Assembly (NCBI GenBank): GCA_051362555.1 | Contig: CM120643.1 | Location: 29,268,848 to 29,332,847, forward strand | Source of the DNA: Lingula anatina | Taxonomy: Eukaryota > Animalia > Brachiopoda | Length of the DNA stretch: 64,000 nt | Direction: 5' to 3' | Part shown: positions 1-13,662 of the stretch, one piece after another | How positions within the stretch are numbered: the first letter of the stretch is position 1 | Layout of the letters: the number at the start of each line of letters is the position of its first letter | Made by a program: the position numbers and the translations under genes | The notes under the pieces: generated by a model | Told to the model about the DNA's origin: nothing | What the model saw: only the letters and a program-made list of their open reading frames with translations | Database searches by the model: none

Positions 1-542
1 TCGCTTCGTCACAATTGCGTGAATGGAAAGCGCAACAACTTTTACCCATTTGAACGTTTTCCTATGATTTCCTCTTCTTAGGGTTTTGCTTAAACCAAAA
101 CCACCCCGATGTGGACTGCATTTGATTCCATTGTGCTCTTTAATGTCATTGGTGAAACCAAACTAAATCTCAGCATAAAACAAAGACACAGTAAAAAAAT
201 AATTTATCTGGGAAAGCTCCTAGTCGACCTCTCATACAAGGCCTCCTTTACATCATGTATTCAACGTTGACGATGTTCGGGGACTGGCGTTGCGAGAGAG
301 ATATAAAACATTTGTATGTCGTTACGTAAGGTAGAAAGATTCTGTTTGGTCTGGAGCCTATCAAAGAAGCCTTTGTCACTTTGTGGCTCCGTGATAACTC
401 CGCTGGTTTGGACACAGCTAGACACTTTTTCGCGGGTTCAAATTCCAGAATGTTCGCTGTAGCTTTTCTTGCTAGGAATAATCTCTAAAATTTGCGTCTG
501 ATTACTGTAAGAGGAAACTCGTGCGCAGGGAAGGTGGGCGGC

Positions 543-795
543 TAAGTCACGGCGCAGTCGGTAGCGTGCATGCCTTCAGAGACATCATCAATGGCAACGG
601 AAAGTCACGAGTTCGAATCCCAGATGACGCATGTCATTCCGTCACGTATCCCACGGAAAAAGGAAGGTGCGAAAATCGAATGCAGGCTCTCCTGGGTCCG
701 GGCAAATAACCATTTGCATATAATACCGTGGCCGAGAATGTCACTGATCTCTACCTTTTTCCAGCTACACCACAAATCAAACTTGACTTGAATCA
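543..795 (+). mobile_element. Putative tRNA-derived SINE (Pol III A-box/B-box head plus body)
   Basis: CGGCGCAGTCGGTAGCG (550-566) resembles a tRNA D-arm/A-box and GAGTTCGAATCC (609-620) a B-box. Stems are degenerate, with an extra insert between the boxes. The 3' boundary (short TTGAC repeats near 790) is approximate. Confidence 0.5.
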
Positions 796-1054
796 ATACC
801 TAACCGACATGGCGCCATGCACGTCATACTGCCCTTTAATCTAAAAAATCTAAAAAATCTCGGTGGGGCTATCAGCAAGAAGTGTTTTTATTTATTTATT
901 TTTACGAAAGTCACGTCGCCGTTATTGCTTTACTCAAAAATTGATTTAATTTCACAGAGATTAAGATAGATTCAGAAATTGTTAAAAACGTGAGTCATAC
1001 TAATAATGGTGGTCAGCTTCCAAAAGTTTCTAAAACGCGGGATGAAGGCTCAAG

Positions 1055-3837
1055 TTAAGCGTCTCTTTCACAAAGAGGATAATCTCTGCTGGCGGAGCAG
1101 TAACTTCTGCAGTAGGCCCACTGGTAGCTTTTGGACGGGTAGTACGGCCCGGTCATGACCAGATAGTCCGCGTAACTGGGCTGTCCTTGCGACCAGTTGG
1201 TGTAGCCGTCCAGTACTGTCTTTCCGCTATGTGTCCACACTCTGTCCCTGCCGATACGCCGGGCACCCAACCAGATGTACTTGTCAGAGCTGGAGCCTGT
1301 TAATATACAGAGAAATCGATGTTATCTGGGGCTGGTTTCACAAAGTAACCTTTGCCGGAATCAGTGTTGTATTGCTAACAAGCAAAGCACTCGGAAAACG
1401 CAGATCTCCGCCAAGAAAATTTAATAAAAAAAATGGCGCATGCGTTACAGAACGGGGGTCAAACGAAAAGTGCGGAAAATTGAATAAAAATCCCCCACTT
1501 ATACCTTTATGAGTTTGGCTGTTGACAAATAACTACAATTTAAACAAACAGGCAAGCAGAGGTGAAAACATAAAATACTCTTGGCAGAGGAAATTTAAAT
1601 GAAGTATCTGTAATGTTTTAAATGAGAAAATATATTGTAATCTTATGCTGTAACTGTTTCGGCCACCTTGTTACCTTTTTTTTTCAATAGAAAAGTTTGA
1701 AGGTGAAATTCATGTCGCACTTACCGGTTCGTTTCAGAAGTCCTTCGATGAACTTCTGCTCTGCCTCGGTGTCTATTTCCGCTAGGTAGCCTCCATTTCG
1801 TTGGCAGAACTGCTCTGCCTCTGGCCAGGTCATGGAGACACTGTTGTCATACAAATAACAACTAGAACCGAATTTCTCAGTGCATGGGAAGTCACGAGGT
1901 GCTGACATGGAATTTACATACAAATAACACACAAATATTATCAATGATTATATTAGCAATATATCAGTTTGGAATTATTCTAAGGTAAATTGTTTATTGA
2001 TTTGTAATTGATTTTTACCTAATTCAAATAATTACGAAACTCCACGAATGCTGAAGGTGTGGGTAATTAAATTGGATAGCACTGCATCTTCTTAACGACT
2101 TCTATACTTTGCGGCACCATGAAAACGTATTTTAGGAACAGAAGTAATAACTTACCGGGGGTTGTTGTGCTGGGTTTCTGTGTTGTTGGTCTGCATTGCT
2201 CGTAAAGCTACAAAGATATCATAAGGGTGGCAGATTAATATAACCAGTATCTTATGATCATGGTAATACCAATCTTAGCGCCTGACATACCTGTGACACC
2301 GTTTGGATTGGGGATCAGTTTTAAATATGGCACTCGAATAGAAAGTAATTAATTGGGTCAAAAACTAGGACGAGTCTTACCTGCATCAGCACATTTAAAG
2401 GGAAGCAGAAGTCTCTCTGAGTTACTTTAACCTCATATCTGCACTATGTCAAGGAAATGAGGGAACAGATCCATACAGGTTTGGATTAAACCCGTCTTGT
2501 GGATAGGTCAAAATCTAGGACGGGAGGGGTCAAAATCTAGGACAAGTTCGACCTATACAAAGTGATGGGCACCGGATGTTATATCATTGTCAACTGTCTG
2601 GCAAGTGGCACCGCGGTGCTCCTACATATGTGATGAGCGTGCTTGCATCGGTGTTGCATGCCGGTAGCCTATATCATTTTATATCACACCGTGTAGTGTT
2701 CACAAATATAATTCCCAGACATGTAAATTAATTTGATTAGAGTCGATTGCTTGTGCACTCGACTAGTTTATGACTTTACCTGTAATTATGTAACTGAAGT
2801 GGACGTGTGCAATTTGAATAATTAAAATTAGTATGTACCGCCAAATAATGCAGCACAGAATCCACCACTGATAAGAAATATTGTAGAAAAGACGTTCAGA
2901 ATTAATATCGGGGGTTCAGAAGGGAGAAGACTCGAAGGAGACCGCTCGACGGAGCCATGGGAGACGGCCTAGAGCTTGGAGATTTCATGTAGATGATGTA
3001 GTTAGAGTCAACCAATAAACCATTAAACTGGTCATTATGTGGACTTGGGTTTTCTTTGCGCGACCTTACGTAAATCTGACCCGAACTGTGGAATCTTTGG
3101 ATCGCGTTATCCACTAAGTTAGACGAAAACGTAATGTCCTATTTCGAGCCCACGCTTGAATTAAGCGTTCAAAATTATATAAGTTTAGGACATTCATCTC
3201 ATATGTATATCTAAAGGTACATAACAACTTGGTGCATTCTGTTTGGTCCGGAACCAGCAGTTTCAAAAAGGGGGTTCTTTTTCCCAACAAGTGGACCTTT
3301 TATAATGAAACTATGCTGCACCTAGATCAAATTTTACCTGGAATGGACCTTTTCCTGACAAAAAGGGCGGTTCTTTCGAACCCCCCCCCCCCCCCCCGGC
3401 TACGGGCCTGACTTACCACTTTTGATAGCAAAAAAAAGAAAAAAAAAGGTCTATCCTAAGTGTTCAAATCATGGCAAAATGGCAAGGAATATAAAGGTAG
3501 TGTGCTCAAAAAGGATTACCGTGGGGCATTTGGGATTTTGGAATAACATGTTGATTTTTTTTAAATGTATTTTCCGGTAAGACCTTGTGGACCATACCTG
3601 TGTAACATAGGCGAGGTTATTCTTCTCCAGTGCTATCTGCAAGTCCAAATCGTCAATGGCTTGTCGTTTGCCTAAGATGCCCAGGGGATCAGTGCACTCT
3701 CTCGATATTTTTTCTCTCATTTTACCGGACTCTGCCTTCAGTCGGGCCAACTCTGCTGATTTCTCAGCATCTGTGGCGGGTTCGACCGACGAGAGCGACG
3801 ACATCAGCGCGACTGTCAATACAAAGAGGGGAGCCAT
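1055..3837 (-). CDS. Secreted C-type lectin domain protein (~236 aa): signal peptide, helical neck, Thr-rich linker, CTLD
   Basis: Exons 3837-3598, 2207-2156, 1901-1725 and 1296-1055, all GT-AG, phases 0,1,1, with a continuous frame. Hydrophobic N-terminus MAPLFVLTVALMSSLSS. CTLD motifs FGSSCYLY, TWPEAEQFC..GGYLAEID, YIWLGA, YTNWSQGQP and terminal LCE. Confidence 0.88.
1378..1593. mobile_element. Short Helentron-associated (HINE-like) non-autonomous element, family A, copy 1
   Basis: Shares GCAGAxCTCYGCCAAG ... AAACAG..GGTGAAAAYATAA...TTGGCAGAGG inverted subterminal motifs with copies at 10015-10248 and 17169-17600. Confidence 0.55.
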
Positions 3838-4813
3838 CTTGCACAAAGCTAAAAAGGACCAACCTGGCAGCAGGAAAAGCTGGCGCGTCTGAACTGACGA
3901 GTTCAGTTTGAAGAACTTATACTAAGTGTCATAATAACACCTGTTACTTCTCATTTTGTGCGTCCTGCTTTCGTGACTTGCGTTTATGTGCCAATGGCAC
4001 TTTTAATACGGAATATAGGTTGAAGCCCGAGTACTGTCTCACAGAAGATAACAGCGTTATAATTTCGTGTAGAATACCACTCCGCTAAATCGCCATTGCA
4101 ACTATTAAGAGCATTCTGTGCATTTGGCGCAGATTCGTGAATTCGTCTCCTGGTTGAGAGATGATCGAAACAGCATTAGCAAATCTGAAAATACATGCAT
4201 ACTTCATATATATATATGTACGGGTGTTTACAGATTCTTTTGTCTTTCTTTTTTACATCCCCTCTTCTAATCTCAGGGCAAATGGTTTTGAAAATAAAAT
4301 TGTACTTACTCTTTTCGTGTAACAGGTTCGTCATGCTGAGATCTAGTGTGTCCCCATAGCCCAGATATGATGCATTTATGGATGAATTTTTCTTTTTCAT
4401 ATAAGCAGTGTGCAGTGTCAAATTATAACGCCAATTTTAAGGTGTTCAGTTTTCATTTTTGTTTTTAGTCCTTTGCTCGCAAAAGAAAGCAATTTGTGAT
4501 TTATGTTTAAGTTTTATACATTTATTGGTTGAAATAAAAGTATCTAAGAGGTCATTTGTCAAAAGCACAAATAGATATATCCCCAACGCAGGCGTCGTTT
4601 AATATCATAAAAATCCCGCGGTTTACGATCTTAAAACAGCTAAAGCCTGTATCGTTGCAAATATTGACATAATATTTAAACATTCTAATCAGATAACCTC
4701 AGCGTTGTCCTGGGTCGAGCTATCGTATCAGTGGTGGACCCGGCAGGGTCTACTAAGTTCCTTTCGTCCATATCCCATACCAAACCATAGTCTGCTACAG
4801 AAACTGCAGTACC

Positions 4814-6250
4814 ATGGAAAGTCAAACCAGCAAGCAAGGTAAAGTAAGGTCTACAAACAATTGTTTCGGACTGGTGGACTACCGTATACCAAGAATTACA
4901 TACATACATATTATGTGGATTATAGTTTTATCCTTAATTACCTTCACGGATAGGTCTGTGACATAATCGGTAGGGTTGGGGCAAGGGGGGGGGGGAGCAG
5001 GTGCGTGACCATTTTCCCACCTCCGAACTGACATCATATTTTACGTGTGTGACACGCTGAGCGCACCTTGAGTTTCACAATGTTACTTGCTTAATTTGCT
5101 AACAATTTGTTTTGAAATATATGCTGCAACGACTGCCAGCGAGACAAAGACACCTAACCACGATTGCTGTGCAATGGTTTATCTTTTTTAAAAGATTACG
5201 ACGAGTTTTTAGATGATTATATGTCCAGCTGACATGAAATTCCACATATATGATTACACTAATCGACCAATTACACGGGGGTAGGCACTAATCAGTGACA
5301 AATGTTCGGTGCGATTCAGTTGTCAGTTGCGAACAACTTCCTGGTTTCACAAGGTCCTTCAAGGACTCTAAAACGTTAAAATTGCAGCGCATGTCATAAA
5401 ATACCCAAAGATATTTAGATATGGGCATATCAGATTACATACATGCAAAAAATCTACATGACAACGATTTACAGCCTCGCGAGAATTCTTTTCCATTGAC
5501 GCTCTTTGTCGCCCTGTCGGTCGATGCAGCACATATTTAAAAACAAATTGACTGCAACTTAAGCTAGATTTTGCAACTTAAAGTATCGTAACACGTTTTC
5601 ATATCATGTACCTATTGTTTCTACAAGTATTTTTTGCCCAAAATACCAAAAGAAAAAATGTTATATTGCTATGTAGTTTCTCTGAGGCCACATCTTCACT
5701 CCCGTTCACCTCCAGCTAAAAATGACCACTCAGCTTCACGTCTTACACCACTACACGTTACTTCCGGCACAATCCTGTCTCCTCCGGAACTCTCTATTGT
5801 ATTTACTGGTTTGACAGGAATGGTAGTCTACTCCACATTACTTTGTACAGGTGACATTCGTCCCATACAGTAACTGTACCCCAATACCCTAACCTGTACA
5901 AATCATATGGGAGCCCGGGCTTCCAATCCCAGGACTACCATTCTTATCACACCAGAACTAGGTGTCTAGCTTTCCAGCAGGTGGCAGCATCTGTATGTAA
6001 ATTTGAAATGAAATTTCCAGATGACAAGCCTCTATCTGGCAAGGTTGCCGTGGTAACGGGTGCTTCAGTTGGAATTGGTGCAGCCATATCCAAAATGTTG
6101 GCAGCAGAGGGCGCTAGAGTCGTTCTAGTAGCCAGAAAAGAAAGGCCGTTAATGGAGACAAAAGAAGAAATCGAAAAAGAAAGTGGCGTTGTAGTAGCTT
6201 TGAAATGCGACGTAACCAATAGAAATGAGGTAAATGCTGGTTAATCCTCC

Positions 6251-6312
<62 letters not shown>

Positions 6313-6638
6313 CCAATATGATATTTAATGTACCGGTATATATCCATAAAAAACTCATAAATAGCGATATATATCAGAAGCACCATTTTCGTTGCTTTTT
6401 TAACCAGTGAAAACTTCTTTATGATGAAAAGGTCGTCTCCTATACTTGTACCTACTTTTAGGTCAAAGAAATGATAAAAAACACAGAGAGCACATTTGGC
6501 CCGGTAGATATTCTTGTCAACAATGCCGGGGTGTATTATTTCACGTTCATGAAATATGCTAAAGAAGACCAGTGGGAAGAAATGGTTGACGTTAACATTA
6601 AGGTAAAATGAGAAAAGATTCAACATTTGTTATTTCAA

Positions 6639-6673
<35 letters not shown>

Positions 6674-6750
6674 ATGACATGTTATAAAACGTGGAAATTG
6701 AATTTGCTGTTGCGTAGTTAACAAAACTGTGCGCAAAAGTCAACTTCAGT

Positions 6751-6803
<53 letters not shown>

Positions 6804-8172
6804 GCAATGTTGGTCTATTCCAAAAGACAGTGAATGGTGATCTATTTTGATCCTGGATGTATCTGAATTAAACAATTTGAAAAAACTGACAGACTGACAC
6901 CGAATGAAAAAATACTTTCTTCTTGTGAAATAGACCAGTTATCCCCTTATTTGTATACATGCCGATCTGAACAAAACTGAGATCAATATATCATATGAAA
7001 GAAAAACTTGAAGTGCTATGTAGACATTTTCATACTTCTGTGTACCTCTTTGCAAATTTGAATACAATAAACCGAAGGTTCAACATTCCTCGGAGAAATT
7101 GACAATTTCTCACGTTACCTGATTCAAAATGTCACATTTTAATGTTTAACTTGCATTTAACTAGCATAATTAATATTTTTCAAATTTAGGGTGTCCTAAA
7201 TTGTATTGGAGCGGTAATCCCTGGTATGTGTGATAGAAAAAGAGGCCATATTGTCAACATATCGTCTGCCACCGGACGAGAGGTACATCAAATCCTATAT
7301 CAACGTTAATAGAGAAAGTGATGGAATAGATATTTCACTTATGTGAAATAAATTAAAGAGGTGCACCATTTTAAAATTACACAGTAAATTAGCATAACAT
7401 ATCGCTATAGATTTTCAGCATTTTAGATGAAGTGAAATTGAAGACGCTTAGGCACACCATTTAAACATGACATTTTTACAGATACATGTACTGTAAATCA
7501 TTTCTAAAGACAAATAACGCTGAGATCCAAACATTTTTCCCAATCTTGCCCTGAAATCGTAAAATCTCAAAATTCTCGAACAATCATAGGACCTAATACG
7601 GAAAATAAAGCTAATTTCATGATTATTATATTAAAAGGAGAAAGTGTAATTTTCAGGCCTTTAAAGGTGCGGCAGTTTATGGTGGAACTAAACACTTTTT
7701 GGAGGGGATGAGCCGAACGCTAAGACAGGAGGTGTGTCATGAGGGGGTCAAGGTGACCACAGTCCAGCCAGGACCAGTAGACACGCCGGGACTTACTGCA
7801 TGTCTATCCAATATGAACGATGAAGTAAGAACACTTGACAATATGTTAAAACATACATTATAGACTATTAATTAAAAAGTCATATTAAAAACTAAATTCC
7901 AGATTTTTTATTGCACATTTGGAAGTAACAAGAAGGTGAGATATCTATTGGCATCTGAGCGAGACACAGAAAATAATGTAATGTGCGTGAATTTGAATGT
8001 CGGCAGTAATATTCCAATGTCTTTTCAGTGTAAGAACCTCTATGGTACTTTCGAGGAGGGGCCCAACCTTACTGCAGATACTGCCGCAAGAGCTGTTATA
8101 TATGCTTTGAAACAGCCGACAGATACAACAGTCAATGAAATGCTCATCATGCCACAAGAATTTCCTATTTAA
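4814..8172 (+). CDS. Classical SDR oxidoreductase, copy 1 (~259 aa, likely NADP(H)-dependent)
   Basis: Exons 4814-4838, 6021-6229, 6462-6602, 7190-7282, 7657-7824 and 8029-8172, GT-AG and in frame. Motifs TGASVGIG, CDVT, LVNNAG, NISS, YGGTK. An in-frame alternative acceptor at 5970 is possible. Confidence 0.88.
6254..6308. repeat. (CT)n microsatellite
   Basis: Directly visible in SDR1 intron 2. Confidence 0.95.
6637..6803. repeat. (AAAT)n and (ATT)n microsatellites
   Basis: (AAAT)n at 6637-6675 and (ATT)n at 6754-6803 in SDR1 intron 3. Confidence 0.95.
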
Positions 8173-10014
8173 CTAAGTTATACTAACTTACACAAGTCTA
8201 TGGTAAATGCATTGAATTCAGACATTTAATTCCTAAAACTTGGTATGCTAGGAAAAGTTTGAGAAGTTTCCTTTCATGGTTTGAAATAATTGAAAAAATA
8301 AAGTATTGCACACTAGCTGTGATTTTGGAACAACAATAAACAGCTTTTGTATGTTAACCCCCGAACAAGCCTGACTTGTCTCTGGTGACCAAACTTCCAC
8401 CGTCCAACAAGTTCAACCTCAGTGTATCATAACAACCCGTACCCCTTATCTCGATATTTTAACACAGCGAGATACATGTACACACTTTTACTGTAGACTT
8501 TTTTTTTTACTTCTACCGTAAATATTTGGTCAAAACCATCGACAAAATGTGGAAAAATATTGGGAATAATGGCATCATATATCCTCCCTGCCAGCTCTTG
8601 TGGTAACAAAAAGAACAAAGATTGGGATATATGTTCATGCCCACTTTTGAATTTGATTACATTTTAGTCATAACCGTAAGTTCGGCAGGCGTGTTATTTG
8701 AATGTTACAGTGTCCGCAAAGCCAATATTATCGAGTAAAATAAAGGGCTATCAAGCTTAGATACTGGCAATGAAGCAAAACAACGGCATTAATATGAAGT
8801 AAATGCTCAGGTAGACCAGGTCCTGTGTATCAGACATGTAGAATATATGAAGATGTACATGTAGGTGCAGTGGCGGATTTAGGGAGGGGCCAAGGGGGTC
8901 CCCCCTCTTCGATTTCTGAATGATAAGGATAGTGGGGTTATATAATAAAAGAGGCCTTGTTTGACAAAATCTCGCGCAATCGAATTTAGTTGAAGTAACA
9001 CCAAGAAGTCGTTTCATTCTTTTCAGTGTGCAGACTTTAATACATAGAACCTGGGAATCTCTGTAGCAGCTTTACAGATCGCGTTATCCAAAGATGTGAG
9101 TCCGTCATGGCTGACTCCTGGGTTTTATAACGGGTTATTTCATGTAATGTGGGGTGGTCATAAAATGGACCCTCAAAAGTTTTGTTTGAGTTTGTGCTAA
9201 GAACGTTGACAATTTAAAAAAAATAATTAAAAAAATGCAAGCCCAGTATAAGTTTGAACAAGTGCTTGTGTTTGTGCTCACACGCGAGCGGGCGTATGAG
9301 GGTGTGTATGCGTACGTGTGAGTTGAGGGGACATGTTGAGGGTAGTCAACCATTCCCAGCACTAACATTTCACTACAGGGTTACTACTTAATATGGAATA
9401 TTATTTATCATTGTTATTTTTGAGCGCTGATTAATTTTTTTTGGCTTGATTCATCAAACAAGGCAGCAAAGCCGTCAAATGTACAGACAAAAAACAGAAA
9501 ATAAAGATGCAAAAAAAGGTCATTTCGTCAATTTGGATGCAATAATAAATAATGCTCATAATAGCACTGTCAGTCAACACTGAATTTTAATCATGCACAA
9601 CAGGTAACATGGTCAATAACAGGAGCGGACCCTGAGATATTTTCTGACAGTATTCCAAAGTATCTATGTTGATCCATCCTCCATTTTGATGGTCTTCCAA
9701 CAGAAAAAATAGATACCAGTCAATATAAACTTAATAACCTGTCTTCAAGAAGACCCAGAAGATGGTCTCAATCCACCCCTTCAATAAGATTACAGTTTCA
9801 GGACCATGAGAGACTTTAGTCACATGATGAAAGTCTCAATATTTGAAAAATGATGACAGTGCATAAAATAATTTTATATAATGTTTAAAGACATAAAAAA
9901 CAATACAATTGCTTATGTGGAAATACAGAAAATGTGCAGAGCCTCGTGCGGATGAGAGTTAAAAGTCACAAATGCAAGTGTTTGAGAAAAAATTGTAAAG
10001 GAAAACATAACAAA

Positions 10015-10248
10015 ACTAGAAAACCACCGAGAGTGCAGACCTCTGCCAAGGCAGCAATTGTTGATTATTGTTGATTATTGATTGATTATTGAGCCAGACC
10101 ACCACTAAAAACTAATCATTGTCCTCTTTGGCCCAATTCTGACAGTTCCTGAAAATTTCAGCAAAATCGGTCCATAACTTTTTGAGTTATGTTGATGACA
10201 GACAAACAGGGGTGAAAATATAACCTCCTAGGCAGAGCCTGAGGTAAA
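10015..10248. mobile_element. HINE-like family A, copy 2 (nested)
   Basis: AACTAGAAAA..GAGAGTGCAGACCTCTGCCAAGGCAGC ... GACAGACAAACAGGGGTGAAAATATAACCTCC; homologous to 17169-17600. Confidence 0.65.
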
Positions 10249-10289
10249 TATAATTTCAATGAAGCTGCTATTCAAACTTTTAATCTTTG

Positions 10290-10292
<3 letters not shown>

Positions 10293-10366
<74 letters not shown>
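10293..10366. repeat. (TA)n microsatellite
   Basis: Directly visible. Confidence 0.97.
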
Positions 10367-10368
<2 letters not shown>

Positions 10369-11319
10369 ACCTGCATAATTATCACTGCTTCCTTAATATT
10401 AATCTAGCAGAGAGCTTAACTTTTGGGAGTTTACAAGGAAATATCAACAAGTGTGCTTTATGTTATCTCCTTTAATGGCCTATCAATTAGGCAAATGACT
10501 TTATAACTCAGAAATTAGCTAAGTGACACCCAAGGGGTATTAACAGACTGACCCTCTCAAAGGTCTTTCAGGCCCATAAGTCACATCTTAAGAAAAGCAC
10601 AAAACAATAATGCACAAAGTAGGAGACTACCAATTCTGATGCAATAATACATTATGTTTTACTGCATAGTCAACATCAAATTTTAATTATGCACAACAGG
10701 TAACAACGACGAAAGTAAAAGCATAAGGCTTCAGGCCCATCAGAGTTCAAGTTTATACTTAGAAAGTGCCAGAATGAGAAAAATGAAAATTTCACATAAA
10801 ATTGCATAAATTCAATAATAAATGATAACCCAATTGACCTGGCTTTCTAATTTGAACTGCATGCCAATCCTAAAAATCATACTTGTAAGATAAAAATAAT
10901 AATAAGTAACACAGTTTTCTTTTCATAATGTTTGCAGTAGCAATGCAAAAATATTGTTGTCAATTTTGATGTAACATTACATAATAAATTATAGAATAAT
11001 TATCACCAATCTTTGATTATTGACAATAAATAGCATGGACATGTAGAAAATTTGATTACCATTTGGCTTCATGTCCATGGGAGCTCAGAGTCCCACAATG
11101 AATATGCCCAAAAGATAATAAATATTTCACTCAAATGTATAACTTCCAGAAAAAGAAGCCAATTAGACTCATTCTGCATTTTAGTCCTGTGTTTCTTTTT
11201 TAAAGGTTTGACAGTCATAACACGGTTTTCCCATAATGCTCATCATAGCAGCAGCACCAAAAATTGTGTTTTCTTCTATTTTGATGCAATATTACATAAT
11301 GCTTAACAGCATAATGACC

Positions 11320-12500
11320 ATTGTGTTTTCTTCTATTTTGATGCAATATTACATAATGCTTAACAGCATAATGACCATCAATTTTTAATAATATAATATT
11401 AGTAACATGGACATTCAGAAAACGTGACAAGCAAAGGTCTTCAGGATCATGGAACTTCAAAGTCACACCTTGAAAATGCCAATAAGTGAAAAATTAAATT
11501 TTCACAAAAAACTGTTTAACTGCCAGAAAAAATTACCAAACAGACTGCAATGCCAACTGAAGCTGTATTTTAGACCCATGTTTCTTTCCTGTAAGTTTGA
11601 AAACAGTAAGTGACATGATTTTTGTTAAATGGTCATTATGAGAGCAGTGCCCAAAATAGGGGTTTCTTCAAATTTTGATGCAATATTACATAATGTTTAA
11701 CAGCATAATGACCATCAATTTTTAATAATGGAATATTAGTCACATGAACATTCAGAAAACGTGACAAGCAAAGGTCTACAGGCTCATGGAACTTCAAAGT
11801 CACACCTTGAAAATGCCAATAAGTGAAAAATTAAATTTTCACAAAAAACTGTTTAACTGCCAGAAAAAATTACCAAACAGACTGCATTGCCTACTGAAGC
11901 TGTATTTTAGCCTCATGTTTCTTTCCTGTAAGTTTGAAAACAGTAAGTGACATGGTTTTTCTTAAATGGTCATCATGGGAGCAGTGCCCAAAATAGGGGT
12001 TTCTTCAAATTTTGATGCAATATTACATAATGTTTAACAGCATAATGACCATCAATTTTTAATAATAGAATATTAGTAACATGAACATTCAGAAAATGTG
12101 ACTAGCAAAGGTCTGCAGGCTCATGGAACTTCAAAGTCACACCTTGAAAATGCCAATATGTGAAAAATTAAATTTTCACAAAAAACTGTTTAACTGCCAG
12201 AAAAAATTACCAAACAGACTGCATTGTCTACTGAAGCTGTATTTTAGCCCTATGTTTCTTTCCTGTAAGTTTGAAAACAGTAAGTGATATGGTTTTTCTT
12301 AAATGGTCATCATGGGAGCAGTGCCCAAAATAGGGGTTTCTTCAAATTTTGATGCAATATTACATAATGTTTAACAGCATAATGACCATTAATTTTCAAT
12401 CATAAAATATTAGTATCATGGATATTCAGAAAATGTGATTGGCAAAGGTCTGCAGGCTCATGAAACTTCAAAGTCACATCTTAAAAATGCCAAAATGTAA
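11320..12500. repeat. Tandem array, ~337 bp unit, ~3.5 well-conserved copies
   Basis: TTTGATGCAATATTACATAATG recurs at ~11337, 11674, 12010 and 12348. Diverged relatives occur near 9530, 10630 and 10960. Confidence 0.9.
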
Positions 12501-12889
12501 ACAAGACAGCACTGTTCTGAAATGGGTTTCTTTCCATTTTTAACATTTTTTTAACATAAAACAAAATAAACAGTTTGTTGGCATTTTTATATGACCAACT
12601 AAGAAAATTGATGAGATGGGAAAAGTATCAATAGAACAGTGTTTAATGTCCAATTTCCTCCATTCTGAGATTCTGAACATAGTGGATGATTGAATCTGAC
12701 AAACTGCAATGATGAGTTTATTACCGTTTTTGACACTTTATTTCACAATACACGATAACAAGTTTACCATCATTTTTACACAATCAATTAACAATGTTGT
12801 AAAGATTCAGGAAATATCAAGCAAACACTTTTACGTATCTTATTAGTTAAATAATGAGACTGTTAACATGCCTAATAATTGAATCTGAG

Positions 12890-13356
12890 GAAATGTGAAA
12901 AAACAGCATAAATTCTAAAATAAAGACCCGATCATGCTGATTTTCGAACTTGACCTGCGTATTATGAATATCCATCAGTTCTGTTAGTTTCAAGCCAAAA
13001 GGTAAAATGTTATTTCACTTATCGTGTTATCAGTGTTGCATATATGCTGAGAAAAGTGAAAAAACAGCGTAACTTCCCTAAAAATGACCCGATCATGCTG
13101 ATTTTCGAACTTGACCTGCGGATTATGAATATTCATCAGTTTTGTAAGTTTCAAGCCAAAAAGTAAAATGGTTTTCCACTTATCGTGTTATCGGTGCTGC
13201 ATATATGCTGAAAAAAGTGAAAAAACAGCATAACTTCCCTAAAAGTGACCCAATCATGCTGATTTTCGAACTTGACCTGCGTATTAGGAATATTCACCAG
13301 TTCTGTAAGTTTCAAGCCAAAAGCAAAAACGGTGTTCCACTTATCGTGTTATCGGT
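12890..13356. repeat. Tandem array, ~161 bp unit, 3 copies
   Basis: GACCCRATCATGCTGATTTTCGAACTTGACCTGCG at 12925, 13086 and 13247. Confidence 0.9.
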
Positions 13357-13662
13357 AAAAGTGCACGACGGCGACGACGGCGACGACAGACGCAGATGAT
13401 GGCTATATGTACAGACACATCTGTGTCTGTACATAAAAAGAATGTCAATGAGTGATAAAAATATCCAGTCTTATATTATGAGATATTTTGGTCAATAAAA
13501 TCAAATCTGACATAAGATGTCATTCAAAAGAAAAGATAAAATCATATCAACAGTTTGATGTCAGTATTAATTTTAAGCTAAGTTATTAAAGAAAATGATA
13601 GCCTCCGGACAGTGATATGTTACACAGTCAAAGGACTCATTACAGTAAATCATGAAAAGTCA

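Larger units (their letters stand above)
9459..13434 (-). mobile_element. Helentron-type non-autonomous element (HINE-like, ~4 kb) nested in the Tc1 element
   Basis: Absent from the sibling Tc1 at 41.9 kb, where the site is an empty A-run. Terminal hairpin ATGTACAGACAC-atct-GTGTCTGTACAT at 13407-13434, (GAC)n microsatellite, internal tandem arrays, matching subTIR ATGTACAGACA at 9479-9489 next to a small GC hairpin. Confidence 0.75.

Noticed and set aside
543-630. Functional selenocysteine or opal suppressor tRNA
   Set aside because: Acceptor, anticodon and T stems do not pair well, and the layout does not match the tRNA-Sec fold.
2355-2545. Three short GGTCAAAA(A/T)CTAGGAC direct repeats in lectin intron 1
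   Set aside because: Probably a transposon remnant; ends could not be defined.
3655-3680. GKR amidation/cleavage site in the lectin N-terminus suggesting a neuropeptide precursor
   Set aside because: A single site within a predicted helical neck, with no repeated peptides or other support.
6114-6875. ORFs with poly-ER, poly-I or poly-YI tracts (also 10287 and 26278)
   Set aside because: They are translations of microsatellites or antisense to SDR exons.
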